From positions 192,001 to 256,000 of the forward strand of contig CAXXFV010000015.1 in the NCBI GenBank assembly GCA_963674595.2: a stretch of 64,000 nucleotides of DNA, read 5' to 3'. The translations under genes were made by a program, and so were the position numbers. This DNA is from a bacterium. GTDB lineage: Bacteria > Zhuqueibacterota > Zhuqueibacteria > Residuimicrobiales > Krinioviventaceae. The notes beneath the pieces were generated by a model. It was not told the DNA's origin, ran no database searches, and saw only the letters and a program-made list of their open reading frames with translations. This document shows positions 1 through 9,800 of this stretch, in pieces; the stretch's first letter is position 1; each line of letters opens with the position of its first letter.

Positions 1-588
1 GTTGAGCAACAACTTATTGTCAATCCGGGAGTAACTCTGGAACAAATCGAGGAGGTCTATTCTCATCCGCAGGCCCTTGAACAGTGCCGCAAGTTTTTAT
101 CCTCTTTAAATGCAAAGGCTGTTGCCAGTTATGATACGGCCGGCAGTGTAATGATGATTAAAGAGAAAAAACTTGTCAACGCTGCCGCAATAGCCAGTAA
201 AAAAGCAGCAGATGATTATGGAATGGTGGTATTAAAAGACACTATTGAAGATATTCCTGAAAATTATACACGTTTCCAGGTTTTATCTTGTCAGGATGAA
301 TATTTAGGTGAACCTACAAAAACCTCTGTGGTTTTTGCGATGAAAAATATTCCCGGCGCTTTATTTAAAGGTTTGAGTGTGTTTGCGCTTCGTGATATTG
401 ATTTGTTAAAAATTGAATCACGACCCCTCAGAGGTAAGCCCTGGGCTTATATATTTTATCTGGATTTTGCTGGACACATGGGAGAAGAGCGATGTGTAAA
501 CGCAATTCGTCATTTACAGGAAATTACTTCCATGTTAAAAGTTTTAGGATCATACCCTGCCGGTATGATGAACAATAATAAAAAGTGA
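1..588 (+). CDS. pheA: Prephenate dehydratase with C-terminal ACT domain (5'-truncated by window edge)
   Basis: Frame is open from base 1 (VEQQLIVNPG...VYSHPQALEQC). Motifs SHPQAL, NYTRF, and ACT-domain PGAL and KIESRP. Confidence 0.93.
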   Translation, partial: VEQQLIVNPGVTLEQIEEVYSHPQALEQCRKFLSSLNAKAVASYDTAGSVMMIKEKKLVNAAAIASKKAADDYGMVVLKDTIEDIPENYTRFQVLSCQDEYLGEPTKTSVVFAMKNIPGALFKGLSVFALRDIDLLKIESRPLRGKPWAYIFYLDFAGHMGEERCVNAIRHLQEITSMLKVLGSYPAGMMNNNKK

Positions 589-628
589 ATAAATGATACA
601 AAAAAAAGTTGAAACTGAAGGAGTTAAA

Positions 629-1921
629 ATGAGTAATCAGAATCAGTATAATGGAAATATTGGAATTTTGGTCGGTGGTGGTCCGGCACCGGGTTTGAAT
701 GGTGTTATTGCTGCCGTTACAATTGCCGCACGTAGTCATAATATTAAAGTGTATGGTATATATGATGGTTATAAATGGCTTGTGCAGGATGACGAAGAAA
801 AACTGTTGCAGCATGTTAAAGAACTAAACATTTCTGATGTATCCAGAATTCATTTCAATGGCGGGTCCATTTTAAGGACCTCTCGAACAAATCCGGCTAC
901 CATTGAAAACGGTGTAAAGAACAGTGTTGCTAATTTGAGAAAATTGGGTATTAAATATATGGTCACCATTGGTGGTGATGATACATCCTATGGGGCCAGT
1001 GAGATTGCTAAAGGCGCTGGTGGAGAAATCAAGTTTGCCCATGTTCCCAAAACAATTGATAATGATTTACCGCTGCCAAATAATCTGCCGACATTTGGTT
1101 ATCAAACGGCACGGGACCTGGGTTCAATGCTGGTCAAAAATTTGATGGAAGACGCAAAAACAACCGGAAGATGGTATACAACCGTCGCCATGGGCCGTCA
1201 TGCCGGTCATTTAGCTCTGGGAATTGCAAAATCATCAGGTGCAACATTAAGCATTATTGGTGAAGAGTTTGGTCAAAAGGGCCATATTAACCTGGAAAAT
1301 GTGATTGACATTTTTGAAACATCTATCATTAAACGCCGTGCAATGGGCAATGATCATGGTGTCCTCGTTATTGCTGAAGGTGTTGCCGAACGTTTACGTC
1401 CGCAGGAATTGGAGAAAATTCCTGGTGTTCATATCGAATATGACGGTTTTGGTCATTTGCGTTTGGCTGAAGTTGATTTGGGAAAAATTATTTCTCAAAA
1501 AATCCGGGAACGTTTTTCCGAACGCAACGGTAAAGTTACTCTTGTTGATATCAATTTGGGATACGTTTTGCGATGTACCGACCCGATTCCTTTTGATCAG
1601 GAATATACGAGAGATTTGGGTTATAACGCTGTTCAATATTTGTTAAGCAACAAGCCTGAAAACCAGAGAAACGCAATGATTTGCGTTGTTAACGGATCGT
1701 TAAAACCCCTCTATTTTGAAGATATGATAGATCCTGAAACCAAAAAGACAGCTGTTCGATTTGTCGATACCAGCAGTGATAACTATAAAGTTGCACGCAG
1801 CTATATGGTTCGTTTGGAAGCACGGGATTTTGAAAACAAGGAACTTTTGTCAAAAATGGCAAAAATCGCCAAAATGACAGAAGAAGAGTTTGTTAAACGT
1901 TTTGAATATTTGACAAAGTAA
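629..1921 (+). CDS. pfp: Pyrophosphate-dependent 6-phosphofructokinase
   Basis: GGGPAPGLN, GGDD (Asp typical of PPi-type), PKTIDND, MGR, GYVLR. ATG at 629 follows the SD aaggag. Confidence 0.9.
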   Translation: MSNQNQYNGNIGILVGGGPAPGLNGVIAAVTIAARSHNIKVYGIYDGYKWLVQDDEEKLLQHVKELNISDVSRIHFNGGSILRTSRTNPATIENGVKNSVANLRKLGIKYMVTIGGDDTSYGASEIAKGAGGEIKFAHVPKTIDNDLPLPNNLPTFGYQTARDLGSMLVKNLMEDAKTTGRWYTTVAMGRHAGHLALGIAKSSGATLSIIGEEFGQKGHINLENVIDIFETSIIKRRAMGNDHGVLVIAEGVAERLRPQELEKIPGVHIEYDGFGHLRLAEVDLGKIISQKIRERFSERNGKVTLVDINLGYVLRCTDPIPFDQEYTRDLGYNAVQYLLSNKPENQRNAMICVVNGSLKPLYFEDMIDPETKKTAVRFVDTSSDNYKVARSYMVRLEARDFENKELLSKMAKIAKMTEEEFVKRFEYLTK

Positions 1922-1928
1922 TTCAATG

Positions 1929-1953
1929 GCCCGCTGATGCGGGCTTTTTTTTT
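1929..1953 (+). terminator. Intrinsic terminator after pfp
   Basis: GCCCGC-tgat-GCGGGC followed by a T9 run. Confidence 0.85.
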
Positions 1954-2026
1954 GCCCTGCCTGAAATATTTTTCCCCCTGATTATGTTACAACTGTTAAC
2001 AATTTATCATAAACTTTGAGTTTGTT

Positions 2027-2584
2027 ATGGTTTTATTTTTAGTACTTTTTTTAAATGTAATAACTATGGAAGCACAGAATATGGCTCCTGAAAAGACATC
2101 GGTTTTATCATTTTCAGTGAATAATATCGAAAATGAACCTATAGATTTAAATATATATAATGGTAAAGTATTACTGGTTGTGAATGTGGCTAGTAAATGC
2201 GGTTTTACACCGCAATATAAAGCACTGGAGGACATATATAAAAAATACAATTCCCAGGGTTTTGAAATTTTGGCCTTTCCGGCCAATAATTTTTTAAACC
2301 AGGAACCCGGCACAAACGAGGAAATAAAATCGTTTTGTTCAATGGAATATGGTGTTACCTTTCCTCTTTTTGCAAAAATATCTGTTAAAGGTGATGACAT
2401 TCATCCCTTGTATCAATATCTCACGGAAGAACAAACAAATCCGGATTTTGCCGGTAAAATAAAATGGAATTTTACAAAGTTTCTTGTTGACCGGAACGGC
2501 TTTGTTGTAAATCGTTTTGGATCTCGAACCAAACCTGATGATCCTCAGGTTATAAAAGCAATAGAATTTGAATTAAAAAAATAA
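2027..2584 (+). CDS. Glutathione peroxidase-family peroxidase (Cys type), probable signal peptide
   Basis: VNVASKCGFT, AFPANNF..QEPG, WNFTKFL. Catalytic codon is TGC. Hydrophobic N-terminus. Confidence 0.92.
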   Translation: MVLFLVLFLNVITMEAQNMAPEKTSVLSFSVNNIENEPIDLNIYNGKVLLVVNVASKCGFTPQYKALEDIYKKYNSQGFEILAFPANNFLNQEPGTNEEIKSFCSMEYGVTFPLFAKISVKGDDIHPLYQYLTEEQTNPDFAGKIKWNFTKFLVDRNGFVVNRFGSRTKPDDPQVIKAIEFELKK

Positions 2585-2624
2585 CCCAATCCCTTGGTTT
2601 CCACCAAACTCCTCCGACCAAGAC

Positions 2625-2662
2625 AAGGGCTTTTAGTTAATGACTAAAAGCCCTTTGTTTTT
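2625..2662 (+). terminator. Intrinsic terminator after peroxidase gene
   Basis: AAGGGCTTTTAGT-taatg-ACTAAAAGCCCTT followed by tgttttt. Confidence 0.8.
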
Positions 2663-2738
2663 ATATATGTTTCTCTTGTGTTTTAAAAAAGAGATTTTTA
2701 TGTTCATATAAATAATTTAATGGAAGCAGGGATTTTAT

Positions 2739-3872
2739 ATGCGATACTTTATTATCATTTTATGTAGTCCGGTTATTTTGTTCTGTCAGGCATCACTTGA
2801 ACAAAAGTTATATCAGGATATATCGGATTATCGTTTACATGATTTTGAAAAGATCGAGGCAGCTTTTATCCTTTCCGGTGATACTACAAAAGCCGATTTG
2901 GAGGAGCACATCCGTTGGTTTAATGACCTGGTGGCCACGTTGCAGAATTATCAGTTTGACACGTTTGATCGTGTTGGTTCTGCGGCCAAGGTTTTTTCTT
3001 ATATCCACACACATTGGTTGATAACTTATCGGGAAAAAGCAACGACATTGGTAGATGTTGTTAATTCAAAAGAATTTAACTGTGTTGCCGGGACAATTTT
3101 ATATAATTTGATCTGCGAAGAAATGGGGTGGGAGACAGAGGCTTTTGAAACACCAACCCATACCTATACAATATTTACTGATTTTAATACCCGGGTTACT
3201 GTGGAAAATACAACGTCCTCCGGATTTAATATTATGAAAAACCTGAGGGCCTATTCACAATATTTATTACAATTTTATCCGGAACAAATGGCTGCGCAGA
3301 TAGGTTTGGACCGTATTTATGCTCATGAAAACTCGAAAGGACGGCAAATTACCAACACCGAATTGCTTGGATTGCTGGCTTATAACAGGGCTTATTTTGC
3401 CAGGGAAAAACAAAATTTTGAACGTGCCTACCATTACGTACAGTTTGCCCAGTTATTTAACCATGATTCCCGTTCTAATGTAAATTTTGAAATTGATTTG
3501 TATTTTAAATGGGGCAAACAACTTTTTGATAAACAAAAATTTAATGACGCATTTGAACTTTATGCGGATGCGTGCGACAGATATTGGGATATTGGTGAGT
3601 TTAAAAAAAATTGCAAGGCGGCATTTTTTAATGAATTAAAAATGGAATGGAACACAAAAAGATGGTCTTCTGTTGAAAAGATGATCCGGGAGATACTTGA
3701 TTTACAAATACTGGAAACGAATGATTATGCGTATCTCGAACGGATTTTATATCAATGGGGGCGTTTATTTTCCCGGGAGCAGGACAAGGAAAAGTTAAAC
3801 AAGGTTTTAATTTTATTAAAAGAAATTAATCCCGATGCCCCTCAGATAGAATCTCTAAAAAAATCAGAATAG
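2739..3872 (+). CDS. Secreted transglutaminase-like (SirB1/Transglut_core2-like) protein with C-terminal TPR-like helices
   Basis: Signal-like N-terminus. FNCVAGT (Cys), TPTHTY (His) and VENT (acid) fit a papain-fold triad. Helical repeats AYNRAY..FERAY and FNDAFELY. Confidence 0.55.
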   Translation: MRYFIIILCSPVILFCQASLEQKLYQDISDYRLHDFEKIEAAFILSGDTTKADLEEHIRWFNDLVATLQNYQFDTFDRVGSAAKVFSYIHTHWLITYREKATTLVDVVNSKEFNCVAGTILYNLICEEMGWETEAFETPTHTYTIFTDFNTRVTVENTTSSGFNIMKNLRAYSQYLLQFYPEQMAAQIGLDRIYAHENSKGRQITNTELLGLLAYNRAYFAREKQNFERAYHYVQFAQLFNHDSRSNVNFEIDLYFKWGKQLFDKQKFNDAFELYADACDRYWDIGEFKKNCKAAFFNELKMEWNTKRWSSVEKMIREILDLQILETNDYAYLERILYQWGRLFSREQDKEKLNKVLILLKEINPDAPQIESLKKSE

Positions 3873-3880
3873 TTTTAAAC

Positions 3881-5017
3881 TCAATTTTTCCTCATCCAGA
3901 ATCCGGAACCAAACTCGGGTTCTTTAATGTCCATTTCTATTTGAACCAGATTTTTTCCTTCTTTTAAGGGCAATGTTGTTTGAAACAGATCCGGAAGCAA
4001 CCGGCCGAATCCTTCCTGAAAATTTCTTCCCGGATCGTTCCAGCCGCGTGACGGCCCGTCAAATATAAGCTTTTCATTACAGAACAGTTTTAATTTATCC
4101 GTATAGGATAGAAATATTTTTTGTTTAACTGCAGAATCTGATAAAATAGTTGTCTGGCCGATAATTTTTCCTTTTATTAAACCGGGGAATTGTGCTGATA
4201 AATTAATCCGCCCCTGTTTATCAGGCTGAACCGCCTGCCATTTAATTTATATATCATTTTTCGGTGAAAAAGTGAAATCAGGGTCGGTAATAACGGAACT
4301 GATGTTCCATTGTTTTATGGATTTTTGCGGATCAATTTTTGACCATGTGTCTTTGAGAACAGGTTCAACACTGTGCTCAAGTTTTGTGATTTTTAAATTT
4401 TTTATATATGCTGCACCGTAATATTGCCAAAAGCGGATGCCGCCCGAAGAATAGGGAAGATTATAGCTGGTATAAACAGGAGTCGAGTCGTTATTAACGA
4501 ACACATTTATAACATCAGTTCCAATATCCAATCGCCATTTCATCCAATTATTATTGATCATAGAAATTGGCTTTTGAGAAAGGGGCCACAATTTCCAGCA
4601 CGTGTTTGTTTTTCCAAAATGTGCGGATGTTTCAAAATGACGGACTGTTGTTGAATCTCCTCCAACAAACAAACCCAGGTTACAACTGCTTATGCCGTCA
4701 GGCTGAATGTAATAATCAATTCCGACAAATCCGCTACGAATGCTGTCCGGATAAAGCATTTCCACCTCTATGCGGTAATTAGACCATGTAGAGTCGGCAA
4801 CCCAGGGGAGTATAAAATTAGAATCCGGCTGCATTGGTTTTAGGCTGTATACGGTACTGCTGTCCTGCAGCATGGTAAAATTGTTTGGCTTTGTTCGCCA
4901 GTTGTCATTTATTGATTTATCGTCCAAAGCGTCAGAGAACAAGGTGTGTGGGGCTTGTAAACGACAGGAAAAAAATATTATTAGCCAAAATAAAAGAAAA
5001 TATCTTTTTTTGTTCAT
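3881..5017 (-). pseudogene. Lipoprotein with DUF1080/GH16-like lectin domain plus C-terminal beta-sandwich; interrupted by in-frame TAA at 4247-4249
   Basis: MNKKR..FFSC lipobox, WSNYRIEVEM, SSGGIRFW. After KNDI* the same frame stays open for 121 codons (IKWQAVQPDKQGRINLS...LSYTDKLKLFCNEK...LPLKEGKNLVQIE) to TGA at 3881. Confidence 0.7.
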
Positions 5018-5034
5018 TATATTTCCAGTTTTTT

Positions 5035-6702
5035 TTACCAAAAGATAATATAAAGCAAGGCTGTTAAGGCTATAACCGTTCCGCCCATCCAGTAAACTTT
5101 GGGTTCGGGTGTTGTATCAATTTTATGCGCTTCGGGCATTACTACGGGTTTTGCTAATGGTTCACGTTTGTTTATATAAAGCATATATAAAACGACCAGA
5201 ATAAATACAATAGCGACATGATGTAACAATGACCATGAGTTAAAAGAGGCAATGGTGTTTCGAATTCCTCGCGGAAGCAAATTTAAAAGCGGCAGATCAA
5301 ACAAAAACCGTCCAAAACGACAAAATGCATAAAGCGGTAAAGAATAAATCATGGCTCCTTTGGCTGCTTTTGGAGGTACGGTTTTTATTAAAAGTCCGAC
5401 CAGAAACGAAGCGACAATACCGGAGGAGATAAAACCCCAAAATTCCTGCATATACATAAAAACGCCCTGAAAATTGGAAATAATCGGTGCCCAGATACAT
5501 GCCAATACAACGAAAATGGCTGTTCCCAGTCGTCCGACAAACACAAGGTGTTTTTGTGATGCTTGTGGTTTTATAAATTTTTGATAAATATCAATTGTGA
5601 AAATCGTGGAAGCTGAATTTAAACCGGAATTAAACGTACTCATAACCGCACCACATAGCGCTGCAAACATAACTCCCCTTAAATGGGCTGGTAAAATTTT
5701 GCTGATGAGATATGGATAGGCTTTATCTGCGGATGTGATTTCATTACCAAACATTTGAAAAGCCATAATTCCGGGAATGACAATGATGAATGGGATAAAC
5801 AGTTTTATAAGAGCGGCAAACATAATTCCACGCTGACCTTCGGCAAGACTTTTAGCGCCAAGGGTCCGTTGTGTTATAAATTGGTTGCAGCCCCAGTAAT
5901 AAATATGACCGATCCACATACCACCGACAAAAACAGCCAGACTGGGGACATCCGGGTCGTTCCAGGGAAGAACTACGTGCAGTTTTTCTGTGTTTTCCAT
6001 ATAAAAAGATTGAACACCTGATAAAAGGTTCCCGTCACCCAGCAATTTGAAACCAAGAAAAGTTACAATAGCTCCGCCGATAATCAGAGCTGCTCCCTGA
6101 ATTAAATCCGACCATACAACTGCCTTAAGACCGCCATATATGGTATAAACACCGGCAATAATTCCGATTGACCAAATACCGATCATATTTGCCCAGAACT
6201 CGGCATCCTGTGGTGACATGCTCCATTTTCGCATTATAATACCGGGCAGATCAAAGATGGCATTGATGGCGATTGCACCGCTGTATAAAACTGTTGCCAG
6301 TAATGTAAATACATAGGCTATCATAACCAGAACGGACATAATCGTTCGTGTTGTGGCATCGTATCGAAATTCCAGATATTCAGGCATGGTATAAATACCG
6401 GCACGCAAAAACCGGGGCAAAAGCACCCAGGCCACAAAAACCAGCGTAATAGCGGCTGTCCATTCAAAACTTGCAATTGCCAATCCAATGCGTCCAAAAG
6501 CGGAACCGGTCATACCGACAAAATGTTCAGTGGAAATATTGGAAGCTATAAGAGATAAACCGATAAGATACCAGCTTAATTTTCGGCCGGCTAAAAAATA
6601 GTCTTCTGAGGTTTGTTCTTTACGTCCGGCATAAAGGGAAACGATAACAACAATTAACATGAAGCCAAGGAATACGGTCAAATCTATCCATGTGAGGTCC
6701 AT
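5035..6702 (-). CDS. Sodium:solute symporter (SSS/SGLT-like sugar symporter)
   Basis: DYFLAGR, SLIASNISTEHFVG, YTMPEYLE.RY, YGGLKAVVWSD, NQFITQR; about 14 TM segments. Confidence 0.93.
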   Translation of the reverse strand: MDLTWIDLTVFLGFMLIVVIVSLYAGRKEQTSEDYFLAGRKLSWYLIGLSLIASNISTEHFVGMTGSAFGRIGLAIASFEWTAAITLVFVAWVLLPRFLRAGIYTMPEYLEFRYDATTRTIMSVLVMIAYVFTLLATVLYSGAIAINAIFDLPGIIMRKWSMSPQDAEFWANMIGIWSIGIIAGVYTIYGGLKAVVWSDLIQGAALIIGGAIVTFLGFKLLGDGNLLSGVQSFYMENTEKLHVVLPWNDPDVPSLAVFVGGMWIGHIYYWGCNQFITQRTLGAKSLAEGQRGIMFAALIKLFIPFIIVIPGIMAFQMFGNEITSADKAYPYLISKILPAHLRGVMFAALCGAVMSTFNSGLNSASTIFTIDIYQKFIKPQASQKHLVFVGRLGTAIFVVLACIWAPIISNFQGVFMYMQEFWGFISSGIVASFLVGLLIKTVPPKAAKGAMIYSLPLYAFCRFGRFLFDLPLLNLLPRGIRNTIASFNSWSLLHHVAIVFILVVLYMLYINKREPLAKPVVMPEAHKIDTTPEPKVYWMGGTVIALTALLYIIFW

Positions 6703-6760
6703 TTGTTTGTCTCCGGTTGGGTGTTCTGAGGATAGTTTTCAGATTGTTAATAATTATTAT

Positions 6761-6788
6761 AAGCTAGAAAAAAAATACTAGTACGCAA
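6761..6788 (-). promoter_or_regulatory. Candidate sigma70 promoter of SSS operon
   Basis: Minus strand TTGCGT-N16-TAGCTT, about 60 nt upstream of the ATG. Confidence 0.4.
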
Positions 6789-6820
6789 GCAGAATTTTAT
6801 TAAGAGGATAGATGGATAGA

Positions 6821-6859
6821 AAAAAATCCCACAGAGAAAGAAATCTCTGTGGGATTTTT
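6821..6859 (-). terminator. Intrinsic terminator after large T9SS protein gene
   Basis: AAAAATCCCACAGAGA / TCTCTGTGGGATTTTT inverted repeat, with a T-run on the minus strand. Confidence 0.85.
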
Positions 6860-6864
6860 GGGTT

Positions 6865-9800
6865 TTACCGTAATAATAACATTTTTTTCAAATCCGTAAA
6901 AGACCCGGTTTTGAGTTGATAAAAATACATACCGCTTGACATGTTGCCGGCATCAAAAGAAATTTGATACTGTCCGGCTGATTGTTGTTTGCTGACCAGT
7001 GTTTTGACTTGTTCACCCAATGGATTATAAATTGTCAGTGTGACCCATCCGTCTTTGGCCAGACTATAGTTGATTGTTGTTGTCGGGTTAAAGGGATTGG
7101 GATAATTCTGACAAAGTTCAAATTTTTTCGGAACGTTATTTTCAATCGAAACGATTTGCGAATAGGTACAGGAACCATCAAAATCGATTTGTTTAAGCCG
7201 ATATTCCAGGTTTGGGGTGCTTGAGTTTATGTGGCAGTCAAATTGATAATGATGCGTTGAGGTGGTTGTGCTGTTACCCTCTACAAAGCCGATTTTTTGC
7301 CAGATGTCATCAATTTTTTGTTCAATATCAAATCCATAGTTGTTTGTTTCTGTTACAGTAGCCCAGGAGAGTTGTACCTGGCCTTTGACGAATTTCGCCT
7401 GAAAGTCGGTCAGTTCGACAGGCACTACCGAGTTGATGATAAAGGATTGTTCCGGGGCAAATTTAGAACCGGCATAAGCCGCGTCAACAGCCTGCACACT
7501 CCAGTAATAGGTGCCCGGGTCCAGATTGTGAATGGGCCATTGTATGTTATGGTTGACATTACCCATTTTGACTTTCCGTCGATAGCCGGTCACCATGTCT
7601 GATTCCGGAGCAACAATATTGCATGTTCCGGGTTTTGTGCCGACGTAAATGTTATAGGTCAATCCGGCAGCAGGTGTTTTATCGTCTGCTGCTCTGTTCC
7701 ACGAAAGCGTCACGGTGCTGTTTTTAGCATTTGCCGAAAGATTTGTCGGCGCTGAAGGTTTTTCATTGATGACCATACAGTTGTTTCTGTATATAAGGAA
7801 TGGGTATGTATCATATTCAGTTGGCAGGATATCCAACACACCGTTGTTATCAAAATCACCCCATGTCGCCTGGTAAATATGATAATGGGATGAAAAGAGT
7901 TTGAAAGAGTCATTTCCCAGATTTTGAAAGATGTTTTCATGTGTTAAAATATCCAAATCACCGTCATTATCAGCGTCTCCCCAGCAGACCGATCCTGTTT
8001 TGTATGTTTTAAATAGTTGTAAATTTATAGGATAGAATGTGCCGTTTGTTTGGTTTTTAAGGATTTTGGAATTATTAGTCTCTGGTCCTGATATTAGTAA
8101 ATCGAGGTATCCGTCAGAGTTATAGTCACCCCAACATGCCCGATTGGCTTCCGTAAGGTCTATGTTTGTTTTCGTAAATAGATCGTTACCATCATTTCTA
8201 TAGACAGCGTCATTTAACATGGCATAATCCATATCTCCATCATTATCATAATCCCCCCATACTTTAAGGTTATTCTTCTCTGGATAATCTGGGTCTTTAA
8301 AACAGGTGAACGTACCATCTCCATTGTTTAAATAGATAAGTGATGGTACATAATTATTATAATTTATAGCGATTAAATCCAGAAGACCATCTTTATTATC
8401 ATCAGCCCATGTTAGTCGATCACAATAACGATATCCCTCAAATGAGACATAATAGTCAGATCTTTTGAAAAAAATGTCATTAATATATAATGTATTAGAA
8501 GGTTCTCTTGCAGGCACATAAGTACCATTGTATTGTGTATAATCATTTGTAAAATTATCCAAATCACCATCGTTATCATAATCTCCCCATATACTATTAG
8601 AATGTACCCATGTGATATTATAATCTTCGGTGTTTGATTCACTAAATAGTTTATTTTCAAAGGCAATCAGGTACATACCATAGATATTATAGGCCCCTGG
8701 TGCTCTGGGTCCTCCTAAGGTCTGAAACCCCTTTTCGTAATATTTCTCATATATAGTGTAGGTGCCTTTATTGTTATTTAATCCGATATCCTGTATTGTG
8801 AGATAGGTTTTATTAAAAGACAGCCTTAACCAGTCCGGAACCTGGCCCGTGCCTTCCTGAAAGGCAATATAAACTTTTTGGCCCTGTTCCAGATAAAATT
8901 TTATACAGTCGTTACTGGTGTTTGTTTTATAATCCATGGCTGTTTTAATCCAGATCAGGTTTTCTAGTTCACTTGGCAGGTCTGATATGTAATACTCTCT
9001 GTCTATGAAATGGTGGTCTTTTTCATCCAGCTTGTAAAGGACAAAATCCGTTGGTTTTTCAATAACAATACCCGGATATTCCATGGTTGTGAATTGCTGT
9101 GGAGCAGACCATTCACTGGTATATGAGCTGTTCTTTGCTCGTACTCTCCAGTTGTAGGTATTATTTTCTTTTGTCAATTGGACCAAAAGCCTGTTACTGG
9201 TAATACCGGAACGGTCCAAAAGTGGACTGGAAAAATCCGCATCACTGTCCACCTGAAGCTGATAGGAGTCGGCGCCGTCAACTGCCTTCCAGTGTAACCA
9301 CGTTCTCATTCCGGTCCCGATTTTATTGGGAACAGGTTCTATCGGCTCAGGGGCAGATAGTTTTCCATCGATCAATGAGAATTTTACCAGCCATGCTTCT
9401 TCATCATTTATTGAACCGCAGGCAACGAACAGGTTGTCTTGTAAGGGTATTACATTATATATATTAGAACCTGAAAAATAATCAAAATGACACTCCCATA
9501 CCATATTCCAGTTTTTATCAACCTTGGCAAACCAGCCGCAAAAAGTCCCGTTAATCGTTTCAGCATTTCCATAAAGATACCAGCTTTGGTCCTCCAACTG
9601 AATCATGTCATTAATGTTATTAATATCAAAATTAAACATTTTTGTATATTCGAGTTGGTCTTGTTTGTCATATTTTTTTGCAAAATGGAGACCGGTTGCG
9701 TCAACTGTGCCCAATACAAGATAACCCTGATCAGTTGTTTTTTTTATGTAATAGAGCGTACTTTTATTTGCATCTTGTATTAATTCTTTTTTCCATATAG

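Noticed and set aside
2027-2662. Selenocysteine peroxidase with downstream SECIS
   Set aside because: The catalytic codon is TGC and there is no in-frame TGA.
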